DNA from: Clostridiales bacterium
GTDB lineage: Bacteria > Bacillota > Clostridia > Monoglobales > WRBX01
DNA: 64,000 nt
Assembly: GCA_031261985.1 (NCBI GenBank)
Contig: JAISIR010000008.1
Coordinates: 2,122 to 66,121, forward strand
Direction of reading: 5' to 3'
Both the position numbers and the translations under genes were made by a program. Shown piece by piece: positions 61,382 to 64,000 of this stretch. The notes under the pieces are model-generated. The model made no database searches and had not been told where the DNA came from. It worked only from the letters and a program-made list of their open reading frames with translations. Numbering within the stretch: the stretch's first letter is position 1; every line of letters begins with the position of its first letter.

Positions 61382-62217
61382 TGGAAAAAGTTTTTTCTAA
61401 ACCACATGTTTTAACGGATACACCTACTCATTATTGCCCCGGCTGCACGCATGGTGTGATTCATAGAATCGTTGCTAAAGTTATCGACGATTTGGGAATA
61501 GAAGGCGACACGATTGGGATTTCGCCTGTTGGTTGCGCAGTTTTTATGTATAATTACTTCCATTGCGATTTTCAACAAGCTGCTCATGGGCGCGCTCCTG
61601 CGGTTGCAACTGGTGTAAAACGTGTTCACCCTGATAAAATTGTGTTTACATATCAAGGTGATGGCGACCTTGCAGCGATTGGGACAGCTGAGACTGTTCA
61701 TGCTGCAACACGTGGCGAAAACATCACTATAGTTTACATAAACAACTCGATTTATGGTATGACAGGTGGGCAAATGGCACCGACTACCTTGATGGGGCAA
61801 GTTACGCAGACTACTCCTTATGGGCGCGAGGCGTCTACTCAAGGCTTCCCAATCGGAATTGCCGAGATGCTTTCGACCTTGGAAGGACCTTCGTATATTA
61901 AACGTTGCGCGGTTGATTCTATAAAGCATATTAAAGATACAGAAGAGAGTTTGCGCGTTGCTTTTCAACGTCAGATTGATAAAAAAGGCTTTTCACTTGT
62001 GGAAATTTTATCTACTTGCCCGACTAATTGGGGAATGCCACCGTTAGAGGCGATGGAGTGGGAGCGCGAAAACGTTTTTAAGGTATTTCCGCTTGGATTA
62101 TACAAGGATAAAGAAATTAATTTCTACCATAAAGACGTTGCAAATGCTGACGAAAAAGCTATAAAAGCTTCTGAGAATTCTGGCACCGATTGTGATTCGA
62201 TAAAGGAGGAAGACTAA
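61381..62217 (+). CDS. 2-oxoacid:ferredoxin oxidoreductase beta subunit (TPP-binding)
   Basis: YCPGCTHG, HGRAPAVATG, YQGDGD, NN.IYGMTGGQ, CPTNW. Confidence 0.92.
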   Translation: MEKVFSKPHVLTDTPTHYCPGCTHGVIHRIVAKVIDDLGIEGDTIGISPVGCAVFMYNYFHCDFQQAAHGRAPAVATGVKRVHPDKIVFTYQGDGDLAAIGTAETVHAATRGENITIVYINNSIYGMTGGQMAPTTLMGQVTQTTPYGREASTQGFPIGIAEMLSTLEGPSYIKRCAVDSIKHIKDTEESLRVAFQRQIDKKGFSLVEILSTCPTNWGMPPLEAMEWERENVFKVFPLGLYKDKEINFYHKDVANADEKAIKASENSGTDCDSIKEED

Positions 62218-62753
62218 TGACAACGCATTCTATTTTATTATCTGGATTTGGCGGGCAAGGGATACTTTTTGCGGGGAAATTGCTAGCATATATGGGATTA
62301 ATTATGGATAAAAATGTGTCCTGGTTGCCTTCTTATGGACCAGAAATGCGTGGAGGGACAGCGAATTGTAATGTAATAATTTCCGACGACACGATAGGTT
62401 CGCCGATAATTAACAATCCTTCAACATTGATTTGTATGAATAAGCCCTCGTTTAATAAATTTGTACCAATGGTTGAAAAAAATGGATTAGTAGTTTTAGA
62501 TAGTTCTTTGATAGATATAAAAGGCGAACGAGGGGACATAAATTTTGTCGAAATTCCTGCGACTCAAATTGCGACGGATAATCAACACCCTAAATTGGCT
62601 AACATGGTTATGCTAGGTAGGACGCTAAAAGAACTAAATCTAGGCGATGAAAGTGTAGTGATTTCCGCACTTAAAAAGACTATACCAAACAGAAAAATTG
62701 AAATGTTAGAAGTTAATAAGAAAGCAATTTTGGCTGGATATAACTTTACATAA
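62217..62753 (+). CDS. 2-oxoacid:ferredoxin oxidoreductase gamma subunit
   Basis: SGFGGQG, SYGPEMRGGTA, ANMVMLG. Confidence 0.92.
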   Translation: MTTHSILLSGFGGQGILFAGKLLAYMGLIMDKNVSWLPSYGPEMRGGTANCNVIISDDTIGSPIINNPSTLICMNKPSFNKFVPMVEKNGLVVLDSSLIDIKGERGDINFVEIPATQIATDNQHPKLANMVMLGRTLKELNLGDESVVISALKKTIPNRKIEMLEVNKKAILAGYNFT

Positions 62754-62842
62754 AAATTTTGCGTTTTTTGTAAACTTAATAATCACTATTGTAATTTTAC
62801 CGATAGATTTGTAAATAAGATAATTTGGGGATGAAATATTTT

Positions 62843-64000
62843 TGAAAGATTTGTTCGACAAAAAAGTAATAGAACTAGCTAGAGTGGCTGAGGATAATAT
62901 AAAACCATTATTTGAAAAAATTGAGGAAATAGAAGAACATAATCAGCTTAAAGTTTTGATGGCTTTTAAAAATAATAATGTAAATGATGCGCATTTTGTA
63001 TCTACTAATGGCTATGGCTATAACGATTTAGGGCGAGAGTGCATCGAAAGTATTTTTGCCGAGGTGTTTAATGCCGAGGATGCTTTAGTTAGGTACAATA
63101 TAAACAATGGCACGCATGCGATTTCGCTATGTCTTTGGGCAGCTTTACGCCCAGGTGATACCATGATTTCTATCACAGGAACCCCTTACGATACTTTGGC
63201 AGAAACTATTGGTATAACTGGCTTTGGCAATGGCTCACTTAAGGATTTTGGTGTAAATTATACTGAGCTTAATTACGAGAAAGAAGATTACATAAATATT
63301 ATCAAAAGTTTAAAACCTAAGGTTGTGTTTATACAAAAATCTAAAGGGTATAACTATAAAAATTCACTATCTACGGTCGACATAAATAATTTACAAAGTG
63401 CAATTAGTAGAATTGTTCCTGATACGATTTTTGTAGTTGATAATTGCTATGGAGAGTTTGTAGAGCTGGATGAGCCTAGTGGTGATTTGCTAGCTGGCTC
63501 GCTAATTAAAAATTTAGGTGGCGGCATTGCGCAAGCAGGTGGTTACGTTGTAGGGCGCAAAAACTTGGTTGAGCAAGCTGCGTACAAATTAAATGCTGTT
63601 GGATTAGGCAAGGAATGTGGTGCTTCGTTAGGTGCTAACAGAGAATTGCTTATGGGAATTTTTATGGCACCTCATGTAGTGGCTCAAGCGCATAAAACCG
63701 CGTTATTTACCTCTGAATTGTTCAAGTTGGCGGGTTTTGATACCAACCCAGAGACTACCTTGCACACCGATTTAATTCAGGCTATTAAGCTAAAATCTAA
63801 GCAGCAATTAATTGATTTTTGCCAGGGGGTTCAAAGTTTTTCGCCTGTTAATAGTGCTTTTCTTCCTGTGGCTGACGACATGCCTGGATACTCTGACCAA
63901 GTTATAATGGCCGCGGGTACGTTTGTGCAGGGTTCGTCGATTGAATTATCTGCCGATAGTGCAATTAAGGAACCTTATATTGCCTATTGTCAGGGCGGAT
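62843..64000 (+). CDS. YnbB-like PLP enzyme (methionine gamma-lyase / 'aluminium resistance' family), 3' end outside the window
   Basis: Not in the ORF track; translated by hand from TTG at 62843: NQLKVL.AF, GYGYNDLGRE, GTHAI, DNCYGEFVE, GSLIKNLGGG, PGYSDQVIMAAGTFVQGSSIELSAD. Confidence 0.88.

Overview
Low-GC, gene-dense chromosomal window from a Firmicute that looks clostridial (sigma-A promoters, CIRCE/HrcA, gatCAB, MEP pathway, 2-oxoacid:ferredoxin oxidoreductase). It is almost entirely housekeeping. Contents in order: Na+-type V/A-ATPase (H-I-K-E-C and the start of the next subunit), tagO-like/wecB, trpS, gatCAB, hrcA-grpE-dnaK-dnaJ, ispDF, groESL, purEFMNH, cysS-mrnC, galU, murC, two trkA genes, mnmA, clpE-like/pilB/pilT, ppa, pgk-tpiA-gpmI-eno-secG, dxr, recN, and rseC plus a four-subunit OFOR cluster. 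I found no rRNA, tRNA, CRISPR array, transposase or integrase. The signals the gene list does not explain are: (1) a 22-bp palindrome, WGTAAAGY-N6-RCTTTACW, present 7 times between 35.6 and 55.8 kb, with two doublets 53-54 bp apart and one copy inside dxr; (2) two orphan genes (26097-27717, probably frameshifted, and 38147-38497) sharing a 17-nt pre-start motif and OmpR/WalR-like direct-repeat boxes; (3) a covarying CGTC-type REP doublet between dnaK and dnaJ; (4) a Cys-rich 52-aa PurF propeptide, a divergent TIM lid, a shortened V-ATPase subunit C and repeated micro-duplications at gene ends. All assignments come from motif recognition by eye; no database searches were run.
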